NCBI GenBank assembly: GCA_035485055.1
Contig: DATHOJ010000083.1
Coordinates: forward strand, 55,966 to 119,965
DNA length: 64,000 nucleotides
Reading direction: 5' to 3'
DNA from: Bryobacteraceae bacterium
GTDB taxonomy: Bacteria; Acidobacteriota; Terriglobia; Bryobacterales; Bryobacteraceae
Part shown: in pieces, positions 40,755-50,965 of the stretch
Numbering within the stretch: position 1 is the first letter of the stretch
Layout: each line of letters begins with the position of its first letter
Program-made: the position numbers and the translations under genes
Notes under the pieces: model-generated
Told to the model about the DNA's origin: nothing
The model's database searches: none
Seen by the model: only the letters and a program-made list of their open reading frames with translations

Positions 40755-43700
40755 ATGCGGACTGCGAGCCTGTCCGAAATGAAAGCGTTCGGTCCGTTCC
40801 GGCTTGACATTGTGAATCATTGTCTGTGGCGAGGTAAGGAGCGTGTGGCCCTTGTTCCGAAGGCGTTTGACGTGCTCCGTTATCTGGTTGAACACGCGGA
40901 CCGCCTTGTATCACAAGATGAGCTTCTGGAGGCGTTGTGGGCGGAGACGCATGTCAATCGGGAAGGCATCCGAAAATACGTCCTCGAAATCCGCAGGGTG
41001 CTGGGAGATCGGTCCGACGAACCGGCATTCATCGAAACGTTCCCGAAGCGAGGCTACCGGTTCGTAGCTCCCGTATCAGTCGAGCCCGCCGCGACGTTAA
41101 CGGTCTCCGTCAACGAACCCGCCCACAGGATGGTGGGACGACATACAGGTCTCGCCCGGCTTGAAGATTGTTTGCAACTGACATTGGGCAGCCAGCGACA
41201 GGTAGCCTTCGTAACAGGTGAAGCGGGAATCGGCAAGACCACGCTTGTGGACGCGTTCCAGAAGCGAAGTGGTCGCGACTCGAATCTGCGAATCGCACGT
41301 GGACAATGCATTGAGGATTTCGGCGGGATCGAAGCTTATTATCCAATTCTGGAGGCGATCGGCTCACTGATCCGGCGCGATGAGGACGGTTCTTTGATCC
41401 AGGCGTTCAGCCAGCGAGCGCCCACTTGGCTGATTCAATTTTCCGGACTCGTAAGGCCCGAGCAGCGGGAAACCCTGCAACGGGAGATTCTAGGGAGCAC
41501 TCGAGAACGCATGATGCGCGAGCTCTGCGAGACTCTCGAAAGCATTTCGCTGCAACGGCCGTTGCTTTTGATTTTGGAAGATCTCCACTGGGTCGATCCT
41601 TCAACCGTGGACCTGATCTCGGCGTTCGCCCGCCGCAGAGAACCGGCGAAGGTGCTCCTGCTCGGCACGTACCGCCCCGTCGATGTCCTGCTTTCCCAAA
41701 ATCCGTTGAAGACGCTGAAACAGGATTTGCTGGTCCGCGGACTGTGCCACGAAGTTGTTTTGGAACACCTTGAGGAGTCGGATGTCGCGGACTATCTCAC
41801 GAAGAACTTTTCCGTGGAGTGTCTTCCCGCCGGTCTTGCGAGCCTGATTCACCACAACTCAGGAGGAAACCCGCTTTTCATGGTCGCTATCGTGCAGGAC
41901 ATGGCCAAGAAAGGTTTGATCGCAGCGGAGCACGGCAGGTTGATTCTGGCCGCGCCCCTCGGAGAAGTCTATCCGGGTATCCCCGAGACGCTGCAACAGA
42001 TGCTCGAGATCCAATTGGAGAACCTTCCTTCGGAAGATTTGCGCATCCTGCAGACTGGCTGCGTCGCCGGCGAACGTTTTTCAGTTTGGGCCGTTGCGGC
42101 GATGCTGGATGTGTCCCCCGCTGCGATCGAGGAAGCGTGCGACAAGCTCGCCAATCGTCAGCAATTCATCCGATCAGTCGGGATTCAAAAAGCCGCCGAC
42201 GGATCCCTTTCCGCTTATTACGAATTTGGACATTCCCTCTACCGGCAAGCTCTTTATCGTAGCCTCTCTGGTCTTCATCGGGCTACGCTGCACCGGACTT
42301 TGGGAGAGCAGCTGCTGCCAATCTGCAGCGCTGGAAAACCTGAACTGGCCTCAGAACTTGCGCTGCATTTCAAGGAAGGACGTGACTACGAGCGCGCCGC
42401 GCGTTGCCTTATGCTTGCGGCGGAAAACGCGGCAAACCGGTTCTCCCACCGGGACTGCATTCGAATCCTCCGGCGCGCTCTTGAACTGGTTTCCGGCTCT
42501 CAGCCCGAGTTGGAAGTCGAAATCTTTCAGCGCGTCGGGGATATGCACTACGTCCTTGGGGAGATGTCCGACTCGGCTGCGTCCTATCAATCTGCGGTGG
42601 ATCTGGCGAATGAAGCAGGCCTCAAGGCCGCCCATGCCCGTGCCCTGATCCATCTTGGTTTTCCTGCCTGGTATTTGGACGCCGCGCGCGGCAGTGAGGT
42701 CGGCCGAAAGGCGATCGAGGTGAGTGAAAGCCTTGACGATCCGCTCCTCGCGGCACAGATGCGTTTAGCCGTAGCTGGGTTCCGCTTTGTATACGACGCG
42801 GGGCGCGAAGAAGACGCAGAGGCCTGTTCTGCCGCCCTCCAGATCATTCGCCGTTTGGGCGGTTCGAGCACGGTTCACGATGGCTACATCTACGTGCTGG
42901 CGCTGCAGGGCGGCTACTTGGAAGCTCAAAGCCAGGCCGACGCCTTGATCAAAGAGACCTCCAATCGTCTGGGGCGGGTTCCGAAGTTTTTGGTCCTCGT
43001 CGCCCGCGGCCGGTTCGGGGAACTGCTCCGCATGGTTCGAACGGGAAGGGAGTTGGAAAATAAGAATGGGCAAGATCCGTGGATTTCTATCTTCGGAGAG
43101 TTGTGGTTACGCACGCTTTGCTACGACTTCGAAGGAGTGAGCCGCCTCAGCAAGGCCGCCATGGCAAGCGAAGCTGGCCAGCATGCCTCCTGGATCAGGA
43201 CCGTTTCCAGAATCACCTCCGGCCAAGCGGAGCTCTATCAGGGCAATCTCGATAGAGCCCTGCAATGTTTTTCCCAAGTGCATGATCCTCAGATTACGCC
43301 TAAGTTTATTCTGCACTGGCGCTGGCGATTGCAGGCTCAGCTCGGAATGACGGAAGTGCTGCTGCAGGCAGGCGACGTCGCTGGTGCTCGCCGCGAAGTG
43401 GATGAGTTATTGTCGTCCGCTTTTTCTGCCGTTGACCCTAACATGCACGCGCTCGCCTGGGAAATGAGTTCTCGGGTAGCCAGGGCGGAGAAGGATTTAA
43501 CTGGCGCCGACAGATGCATCGATCATGCCGTCGCCATACTCGACAGGTTCGGCATCCCTGTGGCGGCATGGCAGGTCCACAGCAGTGCCTGGAGTTTGTA
43601 CGAAGAACGGGATCGTGAAAAGGCCTGCAGACATCGTGCGCGCGCGAAAGAGCTGATCATGGAAATCGCAGGTTCATTTGAACGCGATGAGCCGCTCAGG

Positions 43701-43781
43701 GAATCACTGCTGACAGCTCCTCCGGTTCGGCGTGTTTTGGCCGAATCCTGGGAAGGCTCGGCATACGGGTCCCAGCACTGA
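40755..43781 (+). CDS. STAND-like transcriptional regulator: OmpR/PhoB-type winged helix, AAA_16 ATPase and TPR/helical repeats
   Basis: FGPFRLDIVNHCLWRGKERVALVPKAFDVLRYLVEHADRLVSQDELLEALW...ETFPKRGYRFVAPV. Walker A VTGEAGIGKTTLV. Walker B LLLILEDLHWVD. About 600 aa of helical repeats follow. Start is uncertain (40755 or 40776). Confidence 0.85.
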   Translation: MRTASLSEMKAFGPFRLDIVNHCLWRGKERVALVPKAFDVLRYLVEHADRLVSQDELLEALWAETHVNREGIRKYVLEIRRVLGDRSDEPAFIETFPKRGYRFVAPVSVEPAATLTVSVNEPAHRMVGRHTGLARLEDCLQLTLGSQRQVAFVTGEAGIGKTTLVDAFQKRSGRDSNLRIARGQCIEDFGGIEAYYPILEAIGSLIRRDEDGSLIQAFSQRAPTWLIQFSGLVRPEQRETLQREILGSTRERMMRELCETLESISLQRPLLLILEDLHWVDPSTVDLISAFARRREPAKVLLLGTYRPVDVLLSQNPLKTLKQDLLVRGLCHEVVLEHLEESDVADYLTKNFSVECLPAGLASLIHHNSGGNPLFMVAIVQDMAKKGLIAAEHGRLILAAPLGEVYPGIPETLQQMLEIQLENLPSEDLRILQTGCVAGERFSVWAVAAMLDVSPAAIEEACDKLANRQQFIRSVGIQKAADGSLSAYYEFGHSLYRQALYRSLSGLHRATLHRTLGEQLLPICSAGKPELASELALHFKEGRDYERAARCLMLAAENAANRFSHRDCIRILRRALELVSGSQPELEVEIFQRVGDMHYVLGEMSDSAASYQSAVDLANEAGLKAAHARALIHLGFPAWYLDAARGSEVGRKAIEVSESLDDPLLAAQMRLAVAGFRFVYDAGREEDAEACSAALQIIRRLGGSSTVHDGYIYVLALQGGYLEAQSQADALIKETSNRLGRVPKFLVLVARGRFGELLRMVRTGRELENKNGQDPWISIFGELWLRTLCYDFEGVSRLSKAAMASEAGQHASWIRTVSRITSGQAELYQGNLDRALQCFSQVHDPQITPKFILHWRWRLQAQLGMTEVLLQAGDVAGARREVDELLSSAFSAVDPNMHALAWEMSSRVARAEKDLTGADRCIDHAVAILDRFGIPVAAWQVHSSAWSLYEERDREKACRHRARAKELIMEIAGSFERDEPLRESLLTAPPVRRVLAESWEGSAYGSQH

Positions 43782-44472
43782 TCGTGTCGTGGGCCGCGGC
43801 GTGTTTCGGCAAATAGAGGGCAAAGCAGGCACCCTGGCCGCCCGCTTCCACCCACATTTGTCCGCCGTGATCGAGCACGGCCTGCCGCGAGAAAGCAAGT
43901 CCCAGGCCGAGGCCGCCCGACTTCCCGGCCGTCGCGAAGGGCTGGAAGAGCCGGTCGCGAATCCCAGGATCGATTCCTGGTCCGGTATCCCGAACCTTGA
44001 TCAAAACGGAGCTGTGTTGGGGAATTGCCGAGACTCGAATCTTTCCTCCGCTTGGCATGACGTCAAGCGCATTTACGAACAAGTTGACGAGAACTCGTTG
44101 GATGCGCTGGCGATCCAGAGCAATAACGAGGTTTTCGGAGACATTCTCAATTAGTTGCACCGACTGAGCCTCCGCGACAAGAGCTACTCTGTCCATCGCG
44201 GCGATAACCAACTCCCGCACATCGCATGACTCCAGGTCCCGGTTTGTCCCGCTGTGGCGGATTAAGACCTCGTCGAGCAGTTCCTTCATGCGGATCGAGG
44301 CGCCATACAGATTGCGTGCAATTCGGTGGACTTGTCGTTCAGACATTCTTGAGCTGAGTAGCACTTCCGCGCTCGCGTGGATCGTCGATAAAGGGTTGCG
44401 GAGGTCATGGACGATTGATGTAATTTCAGGTATGGCATCCGCCGGTTCGACGACAGTTGTTCGTCCGGTCAT
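43696..44472 (-). CDS. soluble core histidine kinase (HisKA plus HATPase_c only)
   Basis: H-box ITSIVHDLRNPLSTI. NLFVNALDVM, VRDTGPGIDP, GGLGLGLAFSR. No TM or sensor domain is present. The 3' tail overlaps the convergent regulator gene by 86 bp. Confidence 0.85.
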   Translation of the reverse strand: MTGRTTVVEPADAIPEITSIVHDLRNPLSTIHASAEVLLSSRMSERQVHRIARNLYGASIRMKELLDEVLIRHSGTNRDLESCDVRELVIAAMDRVALVAEAQSVQLIENVSENLVIALDRQRIQRVLVNLFVNALDVMPSGGKIRVSAIPQHSSVLIKVRDTGPGIDPGIRDRLFQPFATAGKSGGLGLGLAFSRQAVLDHGGQMWVEAGGQGACFALYLPKHAAAHDTISAGTRMPSLPRIRPKHAEPEELSAVIP

Positions 44473-44654
44473 TCGTTCCCTTCTTTGTTTTGAGGCTGTT
44501 GCATTGTCTCAGTGAAGCGTTCCCGGAGAAATTCAATCAATTCGTGGTCAGAAAGGAATTTGGCCTGCTTCCCGGTGTCTACTTCTTCCACGACGCCCTC
44601 CAGTTGGCTGTCCGGCGCGATCTTCCGAAGCTGCACTACAAATCCTCCTCGCAT
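44469..44654 (-). CDS. small hypothetical protein (61 aa) translationally coupled to the core kinase
   Basis: GAGG lies 5 nt upstream of the ATG at 44654. MRGGFVVQLRKIAPDSQLEGVVEEVDTGKQAKFLSDHELIEFLRERF... The stop overlaps the kinase ATG (ATGA). Confidence 0.5.
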   Translation of the reverse strand: MRGGFVVQLRKIAPDSQLEGVVEEVDTGKQAKFLSDHELIEFLRERFTETMQQPQNKEGNE

Positions 44655-44992
44655 GACAACCTCAGAATACGGGTTCCAGGGCCTCACGGGCGTGGAGATT
44701 TCGTAGAGTTAATGTAGCGAGCCGTGGCTTCGGGTTCGCATATCGCATTCTGGCCTCTCGAGCAGATGCGGAGGACGCCGTCCAGGGCTGCTTCCTCAAA
44801 GCGGCGTGAGGCGGATCGCACCCTAAGGACCCTACACTGCGTCAATCGCTTTCCGGGGGGAGCACCATCGTTGCCAACCGGATTGTTCGCATAAGCCGGG
44901 ATGCGACGGTCAGGCCCGGTTATACGAGTCTTGAATTGCGGAGTGAACCTCTTGGGGTCGAAAATGAAAAGGGGGTTAATCCCAAACGCGAA

Positions 44993-47557
44993 ATGAGCTC
45001 AGAGATCTCTATTGGGACGCCACACAAAGGGCAACGCTATCAGGCCTTGCTACGAATTAGCGAAGCACTTTCCGGATGCAGCGAGCCTGAGGAGCTGACG
45101 AGAATCCTCTCGGAACAACTGGGCGAGTTCCTCGACTTCTTCCAGTTCTACATCATTGTTTATAAGGAAAATTCCAGCGAAGTCGAATGGGCGGTGGTGG
45201 GGTCCGAGAAGAGCTTGATCAGTGCGTACGCCGATGTGCCGGTACATGAGCGGCCGTCCTGGCGTGCTTACGCTACCCAGGAACCCTTTCACATCGCAGA
45301 TTGGGACGCAGACGAAAGAGTGCCGGCCCGGCTTAAGCAAGGCATTACGGGGCAAGGTCTTGAAATTGGGCCGCTGGTTTTTGTGCCCCTCACAACACCG
45401 CATCGACGCCTGGGTGCCCTGGGAATGTCCGGACCCCCTGGAGCCGCCTACAGTAGCGAAGACATTGGCTTCCTACGCCTGATCGGGCGAGTGGTTGCGT
45501 TCGCGATAGACGATAATTTCAATCTTAGGCAGGCCGAGGCCGCCCAACTAGAATTACAACGCCAGAACTGGCGGCTGCAAAACAGCGAACGAGAGCTCCG
45601 GGACGTCATTGAAACCATTCCGGTCATGGCCTGGTCGGCAGCAGCAGACGGCGCGGCTGAATTCTTCAACAGGCGGTGGTTGGACTACGCTGGCCTTTCC
45701 GCGGATCAGGTGCGTGGTTGGGGCTGGATCAGCGCTGTCCATCCGGATGATCTGAACAGGCTCGCGGACTACTGGCGCGGAAGGCTGGCTTCCGGGCAGT
45801 CAGGTGAGATCGAAGCGCGACTGCGCCGTTTCGACGGGGTGTACCGCTGGTTTCTATTTCGTGCGACTCCGTCACTGGACCACGGAAGGGTCGTGAGATG
45901 GTACGGAACGAATACCGACATCGAAGCGCGCAAGACTGCGGAGCAAGCGATTATTACTCAGAATAGCAGGCTCCAGCTTCTTCTAAAGCTAACGAAGGAG
46001 ATCACTTCAAACCTGGAGCGTCGCGAATTGCTGCGGGCAATCTCAGCGAGTATTCGTGAAGTCATGGATTGGGACGCGGTCCATATTTCGCTCGCCGACC
46101 CGGCTACGGGTAAATTCCGCCTGTATGCCTTGGATTTTCCAGAGGGCAAGGGCTTTGTCAAGGAGGAAATGCTCATCGAGTCGGTCGGCGCCTGTAAGCG
46201 AGCTCTGGAGACGCTGCAACCGACAACCAGGAATACTGCCAATCCCCAGGAATTCCCACCCGATCTATACAAGTTGATGGTGGCGGAGGGGCTTAAGACG
46301 CAATGTGTGATACCGCTTGTCAGCCGCGGCCAAGTTGTCGGAGCTCTGACCATTAACCGCAGCACCGATGAAGCCTTCCTGCCGGATGAGATCGATTTTC
46401 TCAAAGAAGCATCCGGTCAAATAGCCATCGCTATCGAAAATTGCGTGGCCTTCAGCGAGATTTCCGAGCTGAAAGAGAAGCTTGCGCAAGAGAAGCTATA
46501 TCTCGAAGAAGAAATCCGGGGCGACCTGAATTTCGAGGAGATTGTGGGGAATAGTCCGGCGCTCAAGCAAGTACTCCAGCTCGTCGAAACCGTCGCGTCC
46601 AGCGATTCAACCGTTCTACTACTCGGCGAAACGGGAACCGGCAAGGAGTTGATCGCCCGTGCGATTCACGACCGTAGCCGTCGAAAAAACCGCACCTTCG
46701 TAAAGGTGAACTGTGCGGCAATACCGACTGGCCTCCTCGAGAGCGAATTATTTGGTCACGAAAAGGGCGCTTTCACCGGGGCTATTTCCCGGAAGATTGG
46801 CCGGCTCGAATTAGCCGATCAAGGCACGCTGTTTCTAGACGAAGTTGGTGACATCCCGATTGAAATTCAACCGAAACTGTTGCGGGCACTTCAAGAGCAG
46901 GAGTTCGAACGGCTGGGAAGCACGCAAACGCGTAAGGTGAATGTTCGCCTCGTAGCCGCCACCAACCGCGATCTCGAAGATATGATCGCGGCGCGTGAAT
47001 TTCGGAGCGATCTGTATTACCGGCTGAACGTGTTTCCGATTCGAATACCACCGTTGCGGGAGCGCAAGCAAGATATTCCGCTGCTGGTGAGTTATTTCGT
47101 TCAGAAGTTTGCGAAACAAATGCAGAAGGAGATAAAGGGCATTCCCGGGGCTGTCATGAAAGCGCTAACCGCCTGGGAATGGCCCGGAAACGTTCGCGAA
47201 CTGGCAAATTTCGTCGAACGGGCTGTGATCCTTACTCGGGGCCAGTCGCTGGCGGCTCCCCTAGCCGAACTGCGAAAAGCGACGGTCGACGAATCCAAGG
47301 GCACCGTAAAAAATGCCGCGACAAATAACGATAATATTGCCCGTATCGTGAGGGAGACGATCAACGCACTACATGGAAATAGCAGTACCGCAGGCGATCG
47401 TGTCCGAAAACAACGCGACGAGATCGTGCGCGCGATCACCGAGACAAAGGGGCGAGTGGGAGGTGCGGAAGGCGCCGCCGCGCGCATGCGGATGAACCGG
47501 ACAACTCTCCTGGCCCGCATGAAGAAACTTGGCATCAATCCCCGCGATTATTCCTGA
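44993..47557 (+). CDS. sigma-54-dependent activator with GAF-PAS-GAF sensory region
   Basis: [11 protein letters not shown] (GAF), [27 protein letters not shown]...VHPDD...[10 protein letters not shown] (PAS), second GAF ...[10 protein letters not shown], then [80 protein letters not shown]. Confidence 0.9.
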   Translation: MSSEISIGTPHKGQRYQALLRISEALSGCSEPEELTRILSEQLGEFLDFFQFYIIVYKENSSEVEWAVVGSEKSLISAYADVPVHERPSWRAYATQEPFHIADWDADERVPARLKQGITGQGLEIGPLVFVPLTTPHRRLGALGMSGPPGAAYSSEDIGFLRLIGRVVAFAIDDNFNLRQAEAAQLELQRQNWRLQNSERELRDVIETIPVMAWSAAADGAAEFFNRRWLDYAGLSADQVRGWGWISAVHPDDLNRLADYWRGRLASGQSGEIEARLRRFDGVYRWFLFRATPSLDHGRVVRWYGTNTDIEARKTAEQAIITQNSRLQLLLKLTKEITSNLERRELLRAISASIREVMDWDAVHISLADPATGKFRLYALDFPEGKGFVKEEMLIESVGACKRALETLQPTTRNTANPQEFPPDLYKLMVAEGLKTQCVIPLVSRGQVVGALTINRSTDEAFLPDEIDFLKEASGQIAIAIENCVAFSEISELKEKLAQEKLYLEEEIRGDLNFEEIVGNSPALKQVLQLVETVASSDSTVLLLGETGTGKELIARAIHDRSRRKNRTFVKVNCAAIPTGLLESELFGHEKGAFTGAISRKIGRLELADQGTLFLDEVGDIPIEIQPKLLRALQEQEFERLGSTQTRKVNVRLVAATNRDLEDMIAAREFRSDLYYRLNVFPIRIPPLRERKQDIPLLVSYFVQKFAKQMQKEIKGIPGAVMKALTAWEWPGNVRELANFVERAVILTRGQSLAAPLAELRKATVDESKGTVKNAATNNDNIARIVRETINALHGNSSTAGDRVRKQRDEIVRAITETKGRVGGAEGAAARMRMNRTTLLARMKKLGINPRDYS

Positions 47558-47707
47558 CACTCGACTCGACCGAGTACTGTCAAAGCCCCTTTGACACTCC
47601 CTCCCCTCCCAGAGTAATTCCCACTTTTCGCATTGAAAACAGGGCGGTTCCAGCCGCAGATCCATGGTACGTGGGTTGCGCTTTCCCAAGTCAAGGATAC
47701 GTGTGGC

Positions 47708-48001
47708 ATGTTGAAGATCACGGTTATTGAGGACCAACGCCAGCGACGAGTAATCGTTGAAGGCAAGCTCATCGCGCCTTGGGCCGCTGAACTCACGAGT
47801 GCTTACCAAATTGCCGGAACAGATCTTCAAAATCGCGAACTGATTATCGATCTGAGGAGCGTAACGGCCATCAGTACGGAGGGCGAAACGGTACTGCTGC
47901 AGTTGATACGCGGCAAAGCGAAATTCCTCTGCGGTGTGTATATGAAGGAAGTCGTGGCCCATCTCGCCCGAAAGACCGGTGAAAACCGTGGTGACCGCTA
48001 A
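47708..48001 (+). CDS. small STAS-like protein (97 aa)
   Basis: MLKITVIEDQRQRRVIVEGKLIAPWAAELTSAY...RELIIDLRSVTAISTEGETVLLQLIRGKAKF has the pattern of an anti-sigma-antagonist/STAS fold. This assignment is tentative. Confidence 0.45.
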   Translation: MLKITVIEDQRQRRVIVEGKLIAPWAAELTSAYQIAGTDLQNRELIIDLRSVTAISTEGETVLLQLIRGKAKFLCGVYMKEVVAHLARKTGENRGDR

Positions 48002-48462
48002 ATGTCACGGTGCGTTGACAGTTTGACACTGCGCAATCATCCGGGATCCGCCGCCAGCGTAAAGGTCAAGAATGTCAAGCGTTTATCGCAATGGCAGAGT
48101 TTGGTCCGCGCTTTGCCTCCTTACTTACTGCGCGGCTTTCCCGCATAGCCAGGGATCTGACGGTACACATAGAAAGGACGCAACATGGACTGACCGATTC
48201 ATCAGCTTGCGAAAAAGCGACTCCTCTTTTTCTTCGGGTACGGGAGAAGTGCGGAAGGTAGATCCGGACGCAAAGGAGGCGCTGGAGGCTGGCATTTGAA
48301 TCGTGAACCATTGCACCCAACCTGGCACCAAGGCCTGGTTGGCTTCTGCTCATCTGCGATCACGTTGAGAAGCGGTTCAAATTTGAAGCCTCTTCTACAC
48401 GCAGGACCTTCTAAAAGCCCGAAAGCCGGTCTACAGGGAAAATAAGAGCAAATCGAAAACGC

Positions 48463-49236
48463 ATGCGATCGAATCTGTCTCCTACGATTCCAACCCCACG
48501 CAGAATACCCTCCAAGACAGACCCTCCCGAGTTCGTTTTGGAGGCGATCCGTGAAGGCGCGGAATTCACCCTTTACCGCGCTCGTCAGCACGGTAACCTA
48601 TCGCCTGTCCTGATAATGGTTCCCACCGCAGAACCACCGTTGCCGCAGAGCCTGCGATGCCTTGAGCACGAATGCTCGCTCGCAGGCGAACTTGAGCCCG
48701 CGTGGACGGCGAAGCCCATGACGTTAACGTGTTACGAAGGACGGACAAACCTTGTTCTCGCCGACCCTGGCGGCGAGCCCCTGGACCTCATGCTTGAGCA
48801 GGACAAAGAGCAGCCACTCGATCCAGCTCGTTTTCTACGCAGCGCAATTAGCCTGGTGAACGCGCCAGGGCACGTGCATCAGCGTGGTCTGATCCATAAA
48901 GACATCGAGCCCGAGAACGTGTTCGTCGACGGCGCCGGCCACTTATGGCTTACCGGCTTTAGCATCGCATCCTGGCTGCCACGCGAGCGCCAGACACCCG
49001 CGCCGCCCGAAATCAGTGCCGGCGCCCTTGCCTACATGTCCCCTGAACAGACAGGGCGCATGAATCGATCGATCGATTCCCGCAGCGATCTCTATTCTCT
49101 AGGCGTCACTTTATACGAAATGCTTACGGGCGTGCTGCCGTTCGCCGCCGCGGACCCCCTTGGAGTGGGCCGTTCACGACGGGCCGGCGGAAACTGCGTC
49201 TTTGATCAGCAGAAGCGCAGGAACAAAATGGTCTGA
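48463..49236 (+). pseudogene. kinase-like domain of a kinase-AAA16 regulator, truncated after subdomain IX
   Basis: FVLEAIREGAEFTLYRARQ..., LEHECSLAGELEPAWTAKPMTL, LVLADPGGEPLD, LIHKDIEPENVFVD, WLTGFSIAS, YMSPEQTGRMNRSIDSRSDLYSLGVTLYEMLTGVLPFAAADPL. The frame is then lost, and the crotonase gene starts 28 nt later. Confidence 0.75.
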
Positions 49237-49263
49237 GAGATTAAATACACAAAGGAGAAAATC

Positions 49264-50070
49264 ATGCAAACACTTCGAGACAACTATTTGGCTGCCTACC
49301 GCAACCTGAAGCTCACCCGAGACGCCGAAGGCGTGTTGGTGGTCGAATTCCATAGCAACGGAGGACCGCTTACATTCACGGCAGAGGCCCATACCGAGGT
49401 TGTCGACGCCTTCTACAGGATTTCACAAGATCGAGCGAATAAGATCGTAATCCTCACGGGCGCGGGAGGGGACTTCATGATTGGTGTCGACTGGTCGTCT
49501 TTCAAAAACGTATCGGATCCCGGCGTCTGGAGCCAGACCCATGACGAAGGCGTTCAGGTTCTGGAAAACCTAGCCAACATTCGCGTGCCGGTCATCGCAG
49601 CCATCGAGGGACGCGCGCATATCCATTCCGAGTACGCGCTAATGGCCAATGTCATTGTGGCCGCCGAGGGTGCGACCTTCCAGGACGTGGGCCACTTCGC
49701 CGCCGGGGTTGTGCCTGGTGATGGCATTTTTACCGCGTGGAGCTATCGCGCCGGTGCGGGGCGGGCGGAAGCTTTCCTGCTCAACCCACGGCCAGTTCCG
49801 GCGCGTACCGCTTATGAATGGGGGGTAGTTGCCGAGGTCGTTCCGAACGGTCAGGCCCTTAGCCGGGCGCGTGAGTTGGCGGCGCTCTACCTGAAGGCTC
49901 CGGAGGTGACGCGCCGCGACACGCGTGTGCATTTCATTCAACCCCTGAAAGAGCGCCTTGTGCGGGAAGTTGGTTATGGACTTTCGCTGGAAGGAGCCTC
50001 GGCCGCCGACCTCGTGAAATCAATGCAGGCGAAGAGTGACCCGGTTGCCCCTCAAAGGAAGTCTACATAG
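49264..50070 (+). CDS. enoyl-CoA hydratase/isomerase (crotonase) family protein
   Basis: AAGGAG RBS. LKLTRDAEGVLVVEFHSNGGPLTFTAEAHTEVVDAFYRISQDRANKIVILTGAGGDFM...VPVIAAIEGRA. Confidence 0.85.
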   Translation: MQTLRDNYLAAYRNLKLTRDAEGVLVVEFHSNGGPLTFTAEAHTEVVDAFYRISQDRANKIVILTGAGGDFMIGVDWSSFKNVSDPGVWSQTHDEGVQVLENLANIRVPVIAAIEGRAHIHSEYALMANVIVAAEGATFQDVGHFAAGVVPGDGIFTAWSYRAGAGRAEAFLLNPRPVPARTAYEWGVVAEVVPNGQALSRARELAALYLKAPEVTRRDTRVHFIQPLKERLVREVGYGLSLEGASAADLVKSMQAKSDPVAPQRKST

Positions 50071-50089
50071 AAAGCCCGAAGAATGCTTT

Positions 50090-50155
50090 ATGAACCAATC
50101 GATCGTCATCATCGGCGCATCGAGGGGAACCAGGGCTGTTGGCTATCGCCCCTGA
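50090..50155 (+). pseudogene. SDR start stub (21 codons)
   Basis: MNQSIVIIGASRGTRAVGYRP and a stop. IIGASRG(I)G is the Rossmann glycine motif. Confidence 0.3.
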
Positions 50156-50266
50156 AGCCAGCATCGGCGTTATGTTGAAATTCACCAGAGTCACAATACG
50201 GCTTCCTTCATTTATTTCGATGAGCTCCTGGATTCATCGCAGCGACGCGGTATAGTGATTGGAACC

Positions 50267-50554
50267 TTCAGGCCAGGTCGACGCGAAGATGGAAGGCTAT
50301 GCGGGGCCGGAATGCATGCGTTTGACTATTTCGATTGCTATAAAACAACCAGATTTCCATTAGATTGCCTTCGGGCAAAGATTCAAGCAGGCTCGTGAAC
50401 GGCGTGATGCCTATTCCGTCTGCGATACGGCGCAGTGAGTTCAAATCAAATCGCCCTCTGTAAGCTGACGGAAGATGTAGCTAGACATCTTTCCCACGAA
50501 TGTCCTGCCGTCAGGCCCTCGTTCTTCCCGGCGAACAGCGATGCTGTACTGCTT
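50267..50554 (-). pseudogene. ferredoxin-NAD(P) reductase-like (FNR family) remnant
   Basis: KQYSIAVRREERGPDGRTFVGKMSSYIFRQLTEGDLI (RxYS-type FAD motif), then a stop and shift, then RRIADGIGITPFTSLLESL...MEIWLFYSNRN (GGxGxxP NAD(P) motif). Confidence 0.45.
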
Positions 50555-50965
50555 CCTTTTGCTTACACGTGCTGCACCGGTTAGTGAGTATGACTGGACG
50601 ACATCTCCGCCGATTGGGGCCTTAGTCTCGAAGCTCGCACTCGTCTTGAGGCTCGAACGTCACCCCCGAACACCGTCCGCCTCCGTCGTGATTTCACTTA
50701 CCCCGAATTGCCGGTAGCCCTTCCATGGACGCTTTTGATACGATCTCATCCCCCACAATTGTTAATTTAATTCAACTTTCTGGTACTTTGGTCCACAAAC
50801 CTTCGTACGGGTGCCATTGAAGTCCTATGCCTATATCTATTTTTATCAAGTACTTCGCCGGCTCAGCGGAGTGCTTGGGTGGTGGAACGCTGCTTGCTAA
50901 GCACTGCCCCCCGCGACGAGTTACTAAGGGTTGTTGTTATCAGCTAGAGGAGAGGAGAGTTGCTC

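Noticed and set aside
47369-47962. A 197-aa minus-strand ORF. Similar long ORFs occur at 20714-21373, 21153-21848, 37775-38446, 54290-54860 and 8157-8681.
   Set aside because: All are antisense to well-supported genes and have no recognisable motifs. Their Arg/Pro/Gly/Ser-rich composition is typical of shadow ORFs in GC-rich DNA.
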